Positions 1 to 10,842 of a DNA stretch of 64,000 bases are shown piece by piece. The notes beneath the pieces were generated by a model that did no database searches, was not told the origin of the DNA, and saw only the letters and a program-made list of their open reading frames with translations. Origin of the DNA: Escherichia phage pEC-N1203-2Af.1. Within the stretch, counting starts at the first letter, position 1; each line of letters opens with the position of its first letter. The stretch lies in the sequence record OQ540978.1; one strand, written 5' to 3'. The position numbers were made by a program, and so were the translations under genes.

Positions 1-2
1 CT

Positions 3-112
3 CAAGGAAAGGCACTAGCCACTACGTTGGAGTGGTATCAGGACCAGTACACAGAATGTGCTGCTAATCACAATGGATTGTTAGAAGCTCTGAAAGAGCG
101 TGGAATAGAGTA

Positions 113-113
<1 letters not shown>
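3..113 (+). CDS. 3' end of an upstream gene (partial, hypothetical protein)
   Basis: Frame open from window edge, stop TAA 111-113 overlapping next ATG (TAATG); no recognisable motif. Confidence 0.3.
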
Positions 114-1599
<1,486 letters not shown>

Positions 1600-1609
<10 letters not shown>

Positions 1610-1875
1610 GAAGCCCAGCTTTAGATGTTATGGTCGGTGGTGCACATTACGGACCTGATAGTAAGAAGATTCAACCTGTTGAGTTCTACCACGCAAACCC
1701 TCAGTTGAACTTTCAACAAACTAACATGATCAAATATGCCTATCGACACAAAGAAAAGAATAAGGCTCAGGATTTGTTGAAGGTTGTTCACTATGCTCTT
1801 CTTGAGTGTGGGTTTGAATATCCTGAAGAGTATGATAACTTCCGAGATGAAATTCGTAAACTGTTAGGAGAATAA
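1600..1875 (+). CDS. Conserved phage protein (DUF3310-like)
   Basis: ORF 91 aa; GGAHYG...IKYAYRHKEKN pattern recalled from a phage-restricted family; weak. Confidence 0.35.
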
Positions 1876-1876
1876 T

Positions 1877-2695
1877 ATGGAAGACGTTAAGCTCCCTGAA
1901 GTAGCTATAGTGGATGCTGACGTTCTTCGATATGAAGTGGGTGCTCTTACTCAGGAGCATCCCTTCCTTGACACAGGACGTGTTCCAGTTGATTACAATT
2001 TCATGATTGAACGACTTCAGTACAAGATAGATACTATCATAGCTCAATCAGGTTGCAGTAAGGTTGTATTCTACTTCAGCGAAGGTGGTAACTTCCGTTT
2101 CGATGTTGCTAAGCAGCAAGACTACAAGGCAAATAGACCTCCCGGAGAAAGGCCTTTTCACTGGCAAAATGTTGGCGATTACATTAAAGGTAAATATGAA
2201 TACATAGATGTATTTGGGAGAGAGGCTGATGATGCACTAGCTGAAAGGCAACGTAGGGATAAGAACACTATCATCTGTACTAGAGACAAGGATTTGTTGA
2301 TAACCCCCGGATGGCATTACCGTTGGGCTTGTGGAGAAAGGCAGAAAGAGGTTCCTCCTCACTATGTATCTGACTTAGTTTCATGGCAAAACTTCTTCTA
2401 TCAGATGTTGATTGGAGATGGTACAGATAATATCCCCGGATGTGGAGAACGTAAAGAAGTTATGTGGGGTGGTAAGCTCCAGCTTCGACGTCAAGGAATA
2501 GGGAAGAAAGCAGCAGCTAAGTTGTTGGCTGGTGTTACAGACAAGTGGACCATGTATCATATAGTACGAATGGAATATTATAAGAAGTTCGATACTGAAG
2601 ATGAAGAGAAGATGCTTGAGAATGCTCGGCTGCTCTTTGTTGGTCAGACTCCGGAAGACCTGTTCGACTGGACATGGTTAAACAAATCTTGGTAA
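1877..2695 (+). CDS. 5'-3' exonuclease / flap endonuclease (FEN, PIN-like)
   Basis: ORF 272 aa; acidic N-terminal site IVDADVLRY, ICTRDKDLL and GDGTDNIPG helix-hairpin-helix region typical of T7 gp6 / T5 D15-type exonucleases. Confidence 0.7.
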   Translation: MEDVKLPEVAIVDADVLRYEVGALTQEHPFLDTGRVPVDYNFMIERLQYKIDTIIAQSGCSKVVFYFSEGGNFRFDVAKQQDYKANRPPGERPFHWQNVGDYIKGKYEYIDVFGREADDALAERQRRDKNTIICTRDKDLLITPGWHYRWACGERQKEVPPHYVSDLVSWQNFFYQMLIGDGTDNIPGCGERKEVMWGGKLQLRRQGIGKKAAAKLLAGVTDKWTMYHIVRMEYYKKFDTEDEEKMLENARLLFVGQTPEDLFDWTWLNKSW

Positions 2696-2708
2696 TAAGG
2701 ATATTATA

Positions 2709-2886
2709 ATGGGTAAATTTGATTATCGTTCATATGATGAAAACTCCTCCAATCGTGAATCTCGTAAGGAGCAGCGCATTAAGTATAGCCATGAATTAGG
2801 AAGTCGCTATATTAAAGAAAAGCGTGAAAAAGTATCACATCGAGTAGGTAAGCGCGTATGGGAAGAAGCTGATTATGGCGAAGTCT
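2709..2886 (+). CDS. Small hypothetical protein (59 aa)
   Basis: Untracked short ORF MGKFDYRSYDE...; fills intergenic gap and overlaps next start. Confidence 0.3.
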
Positions 2887-3276
2887 GAGAAGACTAGATG
2901 CTCCGGCATGTGGACTGAGGCCCGTTATAATTCTTTCATCAAGTCAGGGATTCGTTCTCTGACTAGAAAGTGGAAGCCCATGTTCGATGCACTAGCAGAC
3001 GCCAAGACAGAGCAGAAGATTAATCCAAAGACAGGAAGACTGGCAATGCACTTTAAGTGTGCCATGTGTGGTTCTGACCACCCTGTAAAGGATATGGCTA
3101 TTGACCACATAGATCCTATAGTTCCTCTTGACCACGAAGCAACTTGGGATGAAATTATCTCTCGTGCTCTGTGTGAGAAAGAAGGTTTTCAGGTTCTGTG
3201 TAAAGACCCTTGTCATAAGATTAAAACAAAAGAAGAGAATGATGCAAGAAAACAATTCAAAAAAGGAAATGAGTGA
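2875..3276 (+). CDS. HNH endonuclease-like protein
   Basis: ORF 133 aa; CAMCG...DHIDPIV...CKDPCHKIK gives the Cys/His HNH zinc-finger pattern. Confidence 0.5.
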   Translation: MAKSEKTRCSGMWTEARYNSFIKSGIRSLTRKWKPMFDALADAKTEQKINPKTGRLAMHFKCAMCGSDHPVKDMAIDHIDPIVPLDHEATWDEIISRALCEKEGFQVLCKDPCHKIKTKEENDARKQFKKGNE

Positions 3277-3496
3277 TGATCAAAAATCTACGCAACAAGT
3301 GCTTCGCTTTCGCTATCGCAATTGGAGAGGCGAGGTTGCTGACCGGTCCGTTATTCCACTCCGAACCTCCGTTGCTAGCTCCCGTTTTCATAACGGTGGC
3401 AAACCTTGTTGGATTATGACAGCGATAGATATAGAGAAAGATGAGATTCGAGAGTTCAAACTCTCTGACATTATTCAGTATTACGATTTAATCTAG
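3269..3496 (+). CDS. Small hypothetical protein (75 aa)
   Basis: Internal ATG of tracked ORF 3128-3496, starts at the stop of the HNH gene (ATGAGTGA); earlier part of that ORF overlaps the HNH gene out of frame. Confidence 0.3.
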   Translation: MSDDQKSTQQVLRFRYRNWRGEVADRSVIPLRTSVASSRFHNGGKPCWIMTAIDIEKDEIREFKLSDIIQYYDLI

Positions 3497-3505
3497 GAAC
3501 TGAAA

Positions 3506-3667
3506 TGATCACACAAGCAGATAAAAATAAACTCTTTGACTTAATCCACGATCTATTAGAAGCTCAAGGCTTCATTGACCATGCAGATACTTGGGACATG
3601 GAAGCAGCTGGAAAAGCTTTTGATGATAGTGAAGAACGTCTGATTAATTTCATCAATAACCTCTAGA
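3506..3667 (+). CDS. Small hypothetical acidic protein (53 aa)
   Basis: Untracked short ORF MITQADKNKLFDLIHDLLEAQGF... ending just before the terminator. Confidence 0.3.
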
Positions 3668-3711
3668 AATAATAAAGCCCCCTTGGATTTCTCCTTGGGG
3701 GCTTTTCTTTT
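3664..3711. terminator. Bidirectional rho-independent terminator between converging plus and minus transcription units
   Basis: AGCCCCC...GGGGGCU stem with inner GGA/UCC pairs, T-rich runs on both sides, between stop at 3667 (+) and stop at 3713 (-). Confidence 0.6.
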
Positions 3712-3712
3712 A

Positions 3713-6700
3713 TCACTCCTTAGGTCGAACTCTTACACGGAGTCTCGATTGACGCTTACTGCGTTCAAGCTTCTCTGACAATGAGCCACGTTTAATCTTC
3801 GGCTTCCCTTCGTCATTAAACTTCTCCAAGAACTTCAAGTACTCAGTACGATTCGTTGTCTTGTAAGAAGGAATCTTAATATCAGGGTTCTCTTCAATTA
3901 CACGTCTCATCTTCGCTACATCATCCCTACCAAGCAACTTACTCTTAGCCTGTTCAGCTGTAGAACCAAAGATCTTCTCCAATGCTCTAGATTTGTTACC
4001 ACCTGCGGAAGAAGCACCAAGTTTAGCAATAGCAGAGTAATCATCAGCACTAAACCAAGCTACCGGATTATCGCCATACTTCTTCTTGTTTTCAGCAGCA
4101 GTCTGCAATGCACGTACAAAGCGACGGTTGTTACCAGCCTTGTCTGCACCATGAACCCTGTCTAAAACTTCAGCCACACTAGCTAACTCGTCCAAGCTCT
4201 TCCCGCTTAAGAAAGCTTTCTCTACTTTATCAGCAAAGACTTCTTCCTGCTGTTTGATACTTTCCAAGATATCAGAATTTGCTTGAGATTTTTCATCGTC
4301 AGGCAGAGCAGAACGAATCTTCTCCATCTCCAACTCTTCCTCTTGCAGTTTCTTAATATCAGAGTCAACCTTCTGAGCCTCCTCAACAGCCTTCCTAGTA
4401 TCCGCATCCAAGTTATCAAGCTTACCTTCAGTATCTCCAGTAATCTTAACAATCTCTTTCTCGATAGGGGTCATTGATTCGTACTTCTTAGCAAACTTCT
4501 CAACATCAGCTTCGATACGAGAACGAGCATTCTGATGTTCAGTAGGAGTCATAGGCTTATCAAGAAGTGCATAACGGTTATCCATGTAGGAACCAGCAAA
4601 TGCTTCAGCATCCTCTTTAGATATGCCTTTATCTTCCAAAGTATGCATCAGGCGACGATGAATGTCGTCACGTTGACGTTGTACTGCCATGAGATCATTC
4701 TCACGCTTCTGAGCCGCTTTAAGCTCTTCACTGCGTTTAACTCTTTTGTCTATATCAAATTTACGGTCCATCTCTTCCGCTTGCTCATACATCTTATTCC
4801 ACTTAGCCTGACGAGCATCCTCCTCTGCGTCAGTTAAACGACGCTGACGATCAAGGTAATCTGACTCGGCGTTATGGATACGTTCAATGTAACTACGGAA
4901 CTTCTCTGGAGGAACTGGAGAGTTCTTATCGTGGTGAGCAGCCAACTGTTTCAATGTACGAGATTCCTGAGCCTCACGAACAGGTTTAGGTAAACCTTCC
5001 ATCATCTTCTCAATCTCACTCTTCTGAGCTGCAATAGCCTCTAGAGTTTTACGTTCATTCTCAACAGCAGCTTTAGCATCTGAACGAGCCTGTGCCCTAT
5101 TTCTCAGAGTAGCAAGACGTTCTTCACGAGCCTGCAAGTGTTTAGCAGCAGCTTCGTATTGAGAGTTCTTGTTAGCTTTGTTGAAGGCATTCACTTCTCT
5201 GTTATAAGTGTTAATAAACCCATCCCAAATATCCTTCATCTGACCAACTTCCAAAGCCTCTTCCCTACCAGCTTTCTCTGAAGATTTAAACTTCCCATCT
5301 ACAAAGTCATTCATCAGCCTACGCATAGCATCTTTCTGAGCAGGACGTAAAGGTTCAGAATCAATCAAAGTATCAATCTCAGACTGAAGCTCTTTCTTCT
5401 GGTCAACCAGTTTAGGAGCATCCTTCTTATCGAAAGCTTTGTTCTCTTCCAGAGCTTCTTGATACAGTCTATCAAACTCAGCCTCACGTTGCTTCTGGTA
5501 CAATCTTTCAGATCTACGTTTCAGGCTTTCCAAGTTAGTTACGTTCCCACCTAAACCACTCTCTTCAGCACGTAATGCCTTAGTAGCAATATCTTCTGGC
5601 AGACCACGTTCTTTAACCCATTCAGCAAACTCAGATCGTACAGCGTTGTTCTTAGCAGTAGCAATACCTTTCTGAGTAGCTCTCTGATTACGAGCCATTT
5701 CTTCATGACGTTCAGTATTGATAGCATTATCTTCCCGACGAATACGACGCATCAACTCCAAAGGATCGCCTTTGTAAGCTAAGAAGTTTTCAGCAGTAGC
5801 TTTAGCCTTAGCAGCATTAGAGTATAAGGATTTAGCAAAACGTGTTGCACGATCTTTAGCAACTTGACGAGCAGTGCTTGACATAGCAGCTAGGTACTCT
5901 ATACCGCTTTCCGGTTTAACCTCCTGTACTGCCTCCTCAGGAGCTTTAGGAGCACGAGCAGGTAATGGCTCAGCTTTGACTGTTGGTTCCTCTACGGTTG
6001 GTTCTGGAGCCTGTGCGGCCTCTTCTTGAGCACGTTGCTGTTCCATTGCACGACGTTCCTCTAAAGGATTACGAGCAGGGAGAGGTTCAGCCTGTGGAGA
6101 CTGTTCAACCGGAGCTTCTTGAGCAGCTGCCTCTTCTTCAGCACGACGCTGTTCAGCCTGACGAATAGCACGTCTTTGCGCAACTAAATCGCGAGCTGTA
6201 AGAGGAGCTTCTTGAGGAGCAGAAGAAGGAAGATTTTCTTCCGTCACAGTACTAGAAGAAGGCTCCCGAACCGGTTCGGTTTCCACGTCATTTTGCGTCT
6301 TAAATTTAATGTCATCAACAACTGGCTCTTCTTCCATTTTATCACGAGCTTCATCAACAGTAGACTTAGCACGAGCAACTTCCAAATCACCACGAGCCAG
6401 AGAGCGGATAGCTTCACTGTTGGATTCTTGTTGCTTAACACGTTGAGATCGAGCACGCTGAGAAGAGAAGCGATTCAGAGCATATTTAGCAGCACCAAGT
6501 GTGTTCATAACCAGACTAGGAGAAGAAGTCTCACGGAAGCCATCATCAGTCAGGGAAGTCCAACCACGGTCTTGATTGCTCATGAACTTAGCTGTGTTAT
6601 TCAGAGTATAAGCGTCTTGGATAGGATTAAAACCTTCAGGCATACCTTTCAGTTTCTTCAACCCACCAATAGCTTTCTTCATCTCTGGAGAAACATTCTC

Positions 6701-8131
6701 AGCCATCTTCTGTAGTTCAGCAGCTTTCTCTACAAAGTTATTAAAGTCTTCACCATCACGAGCTTTGAATCGATTTGCTTCATTATAGAAAGTCTTGTAA
6801 GCATCAATGAAGTCACGGTCAGCTTGTGTGCGATTCTTAACGTCAAGTGGACTACCGGTGAAGTGTCCAGATGCTCTAAGAGAAGTTAATTCACGGTCTA
6901 GGTTATCTAGAACATCTGTAAGAGCTTTCGTGTTATCCTTGGTGTAGTCAGCCATTGCATCTTTCATAGCAACTGCTTTCTTCTGGTTGTGCTCATTATC
7001 AGCGAATGCTTTACCACGAGTCTTAGCAGGAGAAGCCAAAGGATTGAGTCCCGGAATGTTAGAATGCTCTTTCTGAGCAGAAGCAGCTTTCTCAGCACGA
7101 GCTTGGTCTGTATTAAGAATACGCTGAGCAGCAGGAGAGTCTACAGCAACAGCATCAGTAATACGGAATCCATTCTCATCCAGAAGATTAAGAGCGGAAG
7201 CAGCGTTAGCAGTTTCAGCTTTAGAATAAGCTTCTTTCAGTTCATCAACATTCTTAGCACTTCGAATCAGTTCATCATCAGCAGCAATGTCAGTCTTTGC
7301 ATACTCTGGAGTATTCTTGAAGACAGCAGAATCTGGACGATTAATCAAACCATGAACGCCACCAACTGCACCACCGAATGCAGCACCCATAGCGCCTTCT
7401 TCAATAGCACCTTCTAAGACATTAGCAAAGGTTGTGTCATCACCATGTTTGTTCTGAGCTTCAGCAGCACCAACAAGAGCACCACCTTTAGCACCAGCCA
7501 CTGCGTTACTAGCAACGTTCTGACTGATACGACCAAGTGTAGACTCAGCTGTACCAACAGCACCCGGAAGGATTCTCTGAGCTGCATAGTTAGCACCACC
7601 AACTAGAGCGGCATCCAGAACAGACTTATCTTCTCCCTCTTCAGGAGTTTGGTCTGCATATGCACGACCTGTCTCACGACCTGCAATGATAGCAGCGGCA
7701 GCTAATGGGTTAGCAACAGTCAAACCAATATCACCAACAACGCCAGCATATTGCCCAGCAGTTTTACCAATCCCATCCTCAATCTTATCCATACGTTCTT
7801 TCAGAAGGTTCTGAGAGTTCTCTTGGATACGCTTTCCATAACTAGTTTGTGCTCCAGCTAGATTCTCACCAATCTCAACTAAACCACCAATACCTTTAGC
7901 AGCACTAGCTGCAATATTTGCACCACCAGATTGAAGAGCATTTGACACACCTTGAGCAAACTCACCTATAACACCACGTTCTTCTTGTTGTGGTTGTGCT
8001 ACTGGCTGTTCCTCAGGAATAGAGCCACCTGCTGCCTTATATTGTTCTCTCATTTGAGCTTGCTGCTCCGGAGAGGCATTCAGATACGCAGGAGCTTTGG
8101 AAGCTTCTTCCCACGGTTTAATGTTAGCCAT
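3713..8131 (-). CDS. Large internal virion / ejection protein (coiled-coil rich, 1472 aa)
   Basis: ORF 3713-8176; likely start is ATG at 8131 (MANIKPW) preceded by AAGGAG; Ala/Glu/Lys/Arg-rich coiled-coil composition; last gene of late operon. Confidence 0.55.
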   Translation of the reverse strand: MANIKPWEEASKAPAYLNASPEQQAQMREQYKAAGGSIPEEQPVAQPQQEERGVIGEFAQGVSNALQSGGANIAASAAKGIGGLVEIGENLAGAQTSYGKRIQENSQNLLKERMDKIEDGIGKTAGQYAGVVGDIGLTVANPLAAAAIIAGRETGRAYADQTPEEGEDKSVLDAALVGGANYAAQRILPGAVGTAESTLGRISQNVASNAVAGAKGGALVGAAEAQNKHGDDTTFANVLEGAIEEGAMGAAFGGAVGGVHGLINRPDSAVFKNTPEYAKTDIAADDELIRSAKNVDELKEAYSKAETANAASALNLLDENGFRITDAVAVDSPAAQRILNTDQARAEKAASAQKEHSNIPGLNPLASPAKTRGKAFADNEHNQKKAVAMKDAMADYTKDNTKALTDVLDNLDRELTSLRASGHFTGSPLDVKNRTQADRDFIDAYKTFYNEANRFKARDGEDFNNFVEKAAELQKMAENVSPEMKKAIGGLKKLKGMPEGFNPIQDAYTLNNTAKFMSNQDRGWTSLTDDGFRETSSPSLVMNTLGAAKYALNRFSSQRARSQRVKQQESNSEAIRSLARGDLEVARAKSTVDEARDKMEEEPVVDDIKFKTQNDVETEPVREPSSSTVTEENLPSSAPQEAPLTARDLVAQRRAIRQAEQRRAEEEAAAQEAPVEQSPQAEPLPARNPLEERRAMEQQRAQEEAAQAPEPTVEEPTVKAEPLPARAPKAPEEAVQEVKPESGIEYLAAMSSTARQVAKDRATRFAKSLYSNAAKAKATAENFLAYKGDPLELMRRIRREDNAINTERHEEMARNQRATQKGIATAKNNAVRSEFAEWVKERGLPEDIATKALRAEESGLGGNVTNLESLKRRSERLYQKQREAEFDRLYQEALEENKAFDKKDAPKLVDQKKELQSEIDTLIDSEPLRPAQKDAMRRLMNDFVDGKFKSSEKAGREEALEVGQMKDIWDGFINTYNREVNAFNKANKNSQYEAAAKHLQAREERLATLRNRAQARSDAKAAVENERKTLEAIAAQKSEIEKMMEGLPKPVREAQESRTLKQLAAHHDKNSPVPPEKFRSYIERIHNAESDYLDRQRRLTDAEEDARQAKWNKMYEQAEEMDRKFDIDKRVKRSEELKAAQKRENDLMAVQRQRDDIHRRLMHTLEDKGISKEDAEAFAGSYMDNRYALLDKPMTPTEHQNARSRIEADVEKFAKKYESMTPIEKEIVKITGDTEGKLDNLDADTRKAVEEAQKVDSDIKKLQEEELEMEKIRSALPDDEKSQANSDILESIKQQEEVFADKVEKAFLSGKSLDELASVAEVLDRVHGADKAGNNRRFVRALQTAAENKKKYGDNPVAWFSADDYSAIAKLGASSAGGNKSRALEKIFGSTAEQAKSKLLGRDDVAKMRRVIEENPDIKIPSYKTTNRTEYLKFLEKFNDEGKPKIKRGSLSEKLERSKRQSRLRVRVRPKE

Positions 8132-8169
8132 AACGTCTCCTTTTATAAATAAAAATGTCCTACCCCCTA

Positions 8170-8178
8170 TATACATTA
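8170..8178 (-). promoter_or_regulatory. TAATGTATA motif (candidate phage-sigma-dependent late promoter element)
   Basis: Minus-strand TAATGTATA about 38 nt upstream of ATG 8131; identical 9-mer upstream of gene 24947-25699. Confidence 0.4.
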
Positions 8179-8198
8179 TAGAAGGCAGGACTTAGGTC

Positions 8199-9848
8199 TT
8201 ATTGCGTGAACCAGCTAGTGTCTTCGACAGCTGATAAAGCACCGTTCAGTTTAGGATTGGTTGCTGCACCACCAACATAATCTTCTGCTTCATCAGAGAA
8301 AACACCGAGAGGGTCATAGAAACCGCCAGAAGGAATTGCACGGTTAACCAATGCAGTAGCTCTCTTCTTATCCATACCAGAACCAACATAAGCGTTGATA
8401 GTATCTCTCTTAGCATCAGCAACACCTTTCATAGCAGAGGTATGACCGACGTTAGCCTGTTTACGAGCATAAGCAAGAGCAGAATCAGTAGGACGCCACC
8501 CAGACTTCAGAGCGAACTTGTTACCTACACGGATAAAGATTGATGGGTCTTCTGCAAAATGTCCCAAGTCTTCTTCAGTAAGAGAACGAGTAGAACCGAT
8601 TTCAGCCCTTGCGGAGTTCATGATAGCCTGCATGTAAGCAGAACGAGCCGTCTGGTAATCCTTGTCCTTAACAGCTTTATCAGCCAAGTCCAAGTCTTTA
8701 TTAGACTGGTTAAACAAGCCACCTTTCTCTGCCCACTGCTTAGCGATAGTACCTTCAGCCGTATTCTGAGCGTTACGAATTTCTTTCGTGGGGAAGTTGA
8801 AACTTTGAGCAACTTGTTCAGCACGTTCAGCCTTAACTTTATCACGATAGCCAATCAACTCTTTCTGACGTTCAAAGTTCATATCAGTTCTCTTTTCAGC
8901 AGCACGACGAGTTTCCTCGGCACGTTCACGCATAGCCTGCTCTTGAATCTGTTGACGTCTATCCCATTCAGCATTCTGACGTTCTTCACGAGCAGCATAC
9001 AGAGCTTCTTTCTGAGCAGGATCTACAGCTCTCATCTTCAGTAGAGATGGGTCTCCGTTAGCAATAGCAGCTGCGATCGAGTCTTGAGAGAAGCCTTGTT
9101 CAATCAGAGCATCACGGTTAGCTTCCAGTTGCTTCTTAGTCTCATCTTGATTAGCCATTCCCTGACCAATCTGGAAAGCTTCAATAGGAGACTTACCTGA
9201 CATAATGGAAAGACCTACACCCATCAAACCTGTGTAGAAACTAGAGTTCTGATAGAATGGTTCTTTCTGTAGCTTGTTCCAAGCTTCCGAAGGGTCTTTA
9301 GCTTTCGCAACTTGCAAGATATCGTTGTTAACACGTTCCTGATCTTTAGCACGAGTAGCAGCAGTCATTCCATCACCAGCGTCTTGTCCTTGAGCAAGAG
9401 TATTAATCACACCTTGTGCCTGTTCCACCTGAGAAGGAGTGAACTCCATAGGACCAGCTTCTAACGGTTTAGTAGGAGGTGTTACCGGAAGAGGTTCTGA
9501 TTCTGGAGGAATAGAAGAAGGAGAAAGTCCAGCAGCTTGCATGGTTTCTTGATTCTCAAACTCAGGAAGAGTTACAGCCTGTTGTGCCTGAGGTTGTACA
9601 TCATTTGGGATATCAGAAGGAAGGCCGTTACTCTGAACAGGATTCAACATATTCTGATAATCTACTGAAGTTTGACCTACAAGAGAGGAAAGCCCAGCAG
9701 GTATAGCAGGACGTTGATACATAGAAATATCTGCTGTCTGAGTAGGTCTAGCCATATAAGGAGAGGCCGAAGCCGCTCCCGGATTAACACCATAGAAAGT
9801 ATTTCTCGGGTCGCGACTTCTGACCTGAGCATAAGTTGTCTGTTGCAT
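8199..9848 (-). CDS. Internal virion / structural protein
   Basis: ORF 549 aa in late operon between Q/N-rich proteins and large coiled-coil protein; Pro/Gln-rich N-terminus. Confidence 0.45.
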   Translation of the reverse strand: MQQTTYAQVRSRDPRNTFYGVNPGAASASPYMARPTQTADISMYQRPAIPAGLSSLVGQTSVDYQNMLNPVQSNGLPSDIPNDVQPQAQQAVTLPEFENQETMQAAGLSPSSIPPESEPLPVTPPTKPLEAGPMEFTPSQVEQAQGVINTLAQGQDAGDGMTAATRAKDQERVNNDILQVAKAKDPSEAWNKLQKEPFYQNSSFYTGLMGVGLSIMSGKSPIEAFQIGQGMANQDETKKQLEANRDALIEQGFSQDSIAAAIANGDPSLLKMRAVDPAQKEALYAAREERQNAEWDRRQQIQEQAMRERAEETRRAAEKRTDMNFERQKELIGYRDKVKAERAEQVAQSFNFPTKEIRNAQNTAEGTIAKQWAEKGGLFNQSNKDLDLADKAVKDKDYQTARSAYMQAIMNSARAEIGSTRSLTEEDLGHFAEDPSIFIRVGNKFALKSGWRPTDSALAYARKQANVGHTSAMKGVADAKRDTINAYVGSGMDKKRATALVNRAIPSGGFYDPLGVFSDEAEDYVGGAATNPKLNGALSAVEDTSWFTQ

Positions 9849-9861
9849 ATTTATCTCCTAA

Positions 9862-10830
9862 TTAAGAACTAGCCATCCCGCCAATCACCCCTCCAGCCAA
9901 AGCACCCCAAGGACCAAAAGAAGAACCAGCTGCTGCACCACTCATAGCTCCACCTAAGAAGCCACCACCCCCACCAGATGTTTTAGTAGTTGTAGTTTGT
10001 CCGAGAGCGCCGTTAAGTACACCTGCTGCACCGAGTTGGTTATTGATATCTTGCCACCCCCAATTAGCTGCGTTCTGAGCATTCTGGTAGGCATTATCAT
10101 ATTCATTCTGCTGTTGCTGTTGTTGCTGCAACCCAGCCTTCCATTGGTTTAATATTTGCTGTTGAGATAAATCAGCACCTTGTTGACCTAAGTTGGAAAG
10201 GTTAGAACCAATAGTAGAAAGACCTGAGAGAGCAGCTGCCTGATTCTGTCTATTACCAGAGAGAATGCTTTCAGCTTGGTTGATAGCCGAGTTATAAGCA
10301 CTGTTGGTAATATCCGTTGCTTGACTTTGCATCTGATTCAGAGCATCACCTTGAGCAAAAGATTTAGCCATACGAGCACCTGAACCCTGCTGACCAGCAT
10401 ACTGTTGAGCCAACTGAGGAAGAGCATTACGTGCTAGGTTCTGTTGGACTTGTTCATTATTAGCTGTAATAGCTGCCTGAACAGCATCGTCATCATACAA
10501 TTGACCAGCAAGAGCACCAATCTGTTCTCCAGTAACTCCACCCTGTCCAGAGAGGCTCTGATAGCCTTTATAGGCATTATCCAGATAACCTAACCCCTGA
10601 CCTGCTGCATCCATGTATTGCTGCGAGAGAGTCCCTAAGGCACCAGATTGTGCCAAGTTGTTAAGAGCCTCTGTCTGGTTGTTATTAAACCCTACATTGT
10701 CACGATAAACATAATCCCCTGAACTAGTATTACCAATCTGTTGGTTAAGCTGGTCAATATACTGTTGAATGTATTCAGGGCGAATCATTTGGGAAGTAGT
10801 TTTACTATTCCCTCCTCTAAATAAAGCCAT
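9862..10830 (-). CDS. Q/N/G/A-rich low-complexity structural protein
   Basis: ORF 322 aa; poly-Q run, Gly/Ser-rich C-terminus; composition resembles neighbour 10843-11895. Confidence 0.45.
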   Translation of the reverse strand: MALFRGGNSKTTSQMIRPEYIQQYIDQLNQQIGNTSSGDYVYRDNVGFNNNQTEALNNLAQSGALGTLSQQYMDAAGQGLGYLDNAYKGYQSLSGQGGVTGEQIGALAGQLYDDDAVQAAITANNEQVQQNLARNALPQLAQQYAGQQGSGARMAKSFAQGDALNQMQSQATDITNSAYNSAINQAESILSGNRQNQAAALSGLSTIGSNLSNLGQQGADLSQQQILNQWKAGLQQQQQQQNEYDNAYQNAQNAANWGWQDINNQLGAAGVLNGALGQTTTTKTSGGGGGFLGGAMSGAAAGSSFGPWGALAGGVIGGMASS

Positions 10831-10842
10831 ATCAAATCTCCT

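Noticed and set aside
4222-7602. Several ORFs of 60-170 aa on the plus strand or in alternative frames inside the 1487-aa minus-strand gene (4222-4452, 4283-4477, 4535-4837, 5983-6168, 6212-6715, 6989-7417, 7414-7602)
   Set aside because: They lie entirely within a long, compositionally coherent coding frame, have low-complexity translations and no RBS or start context; treated as shadow ORFs.
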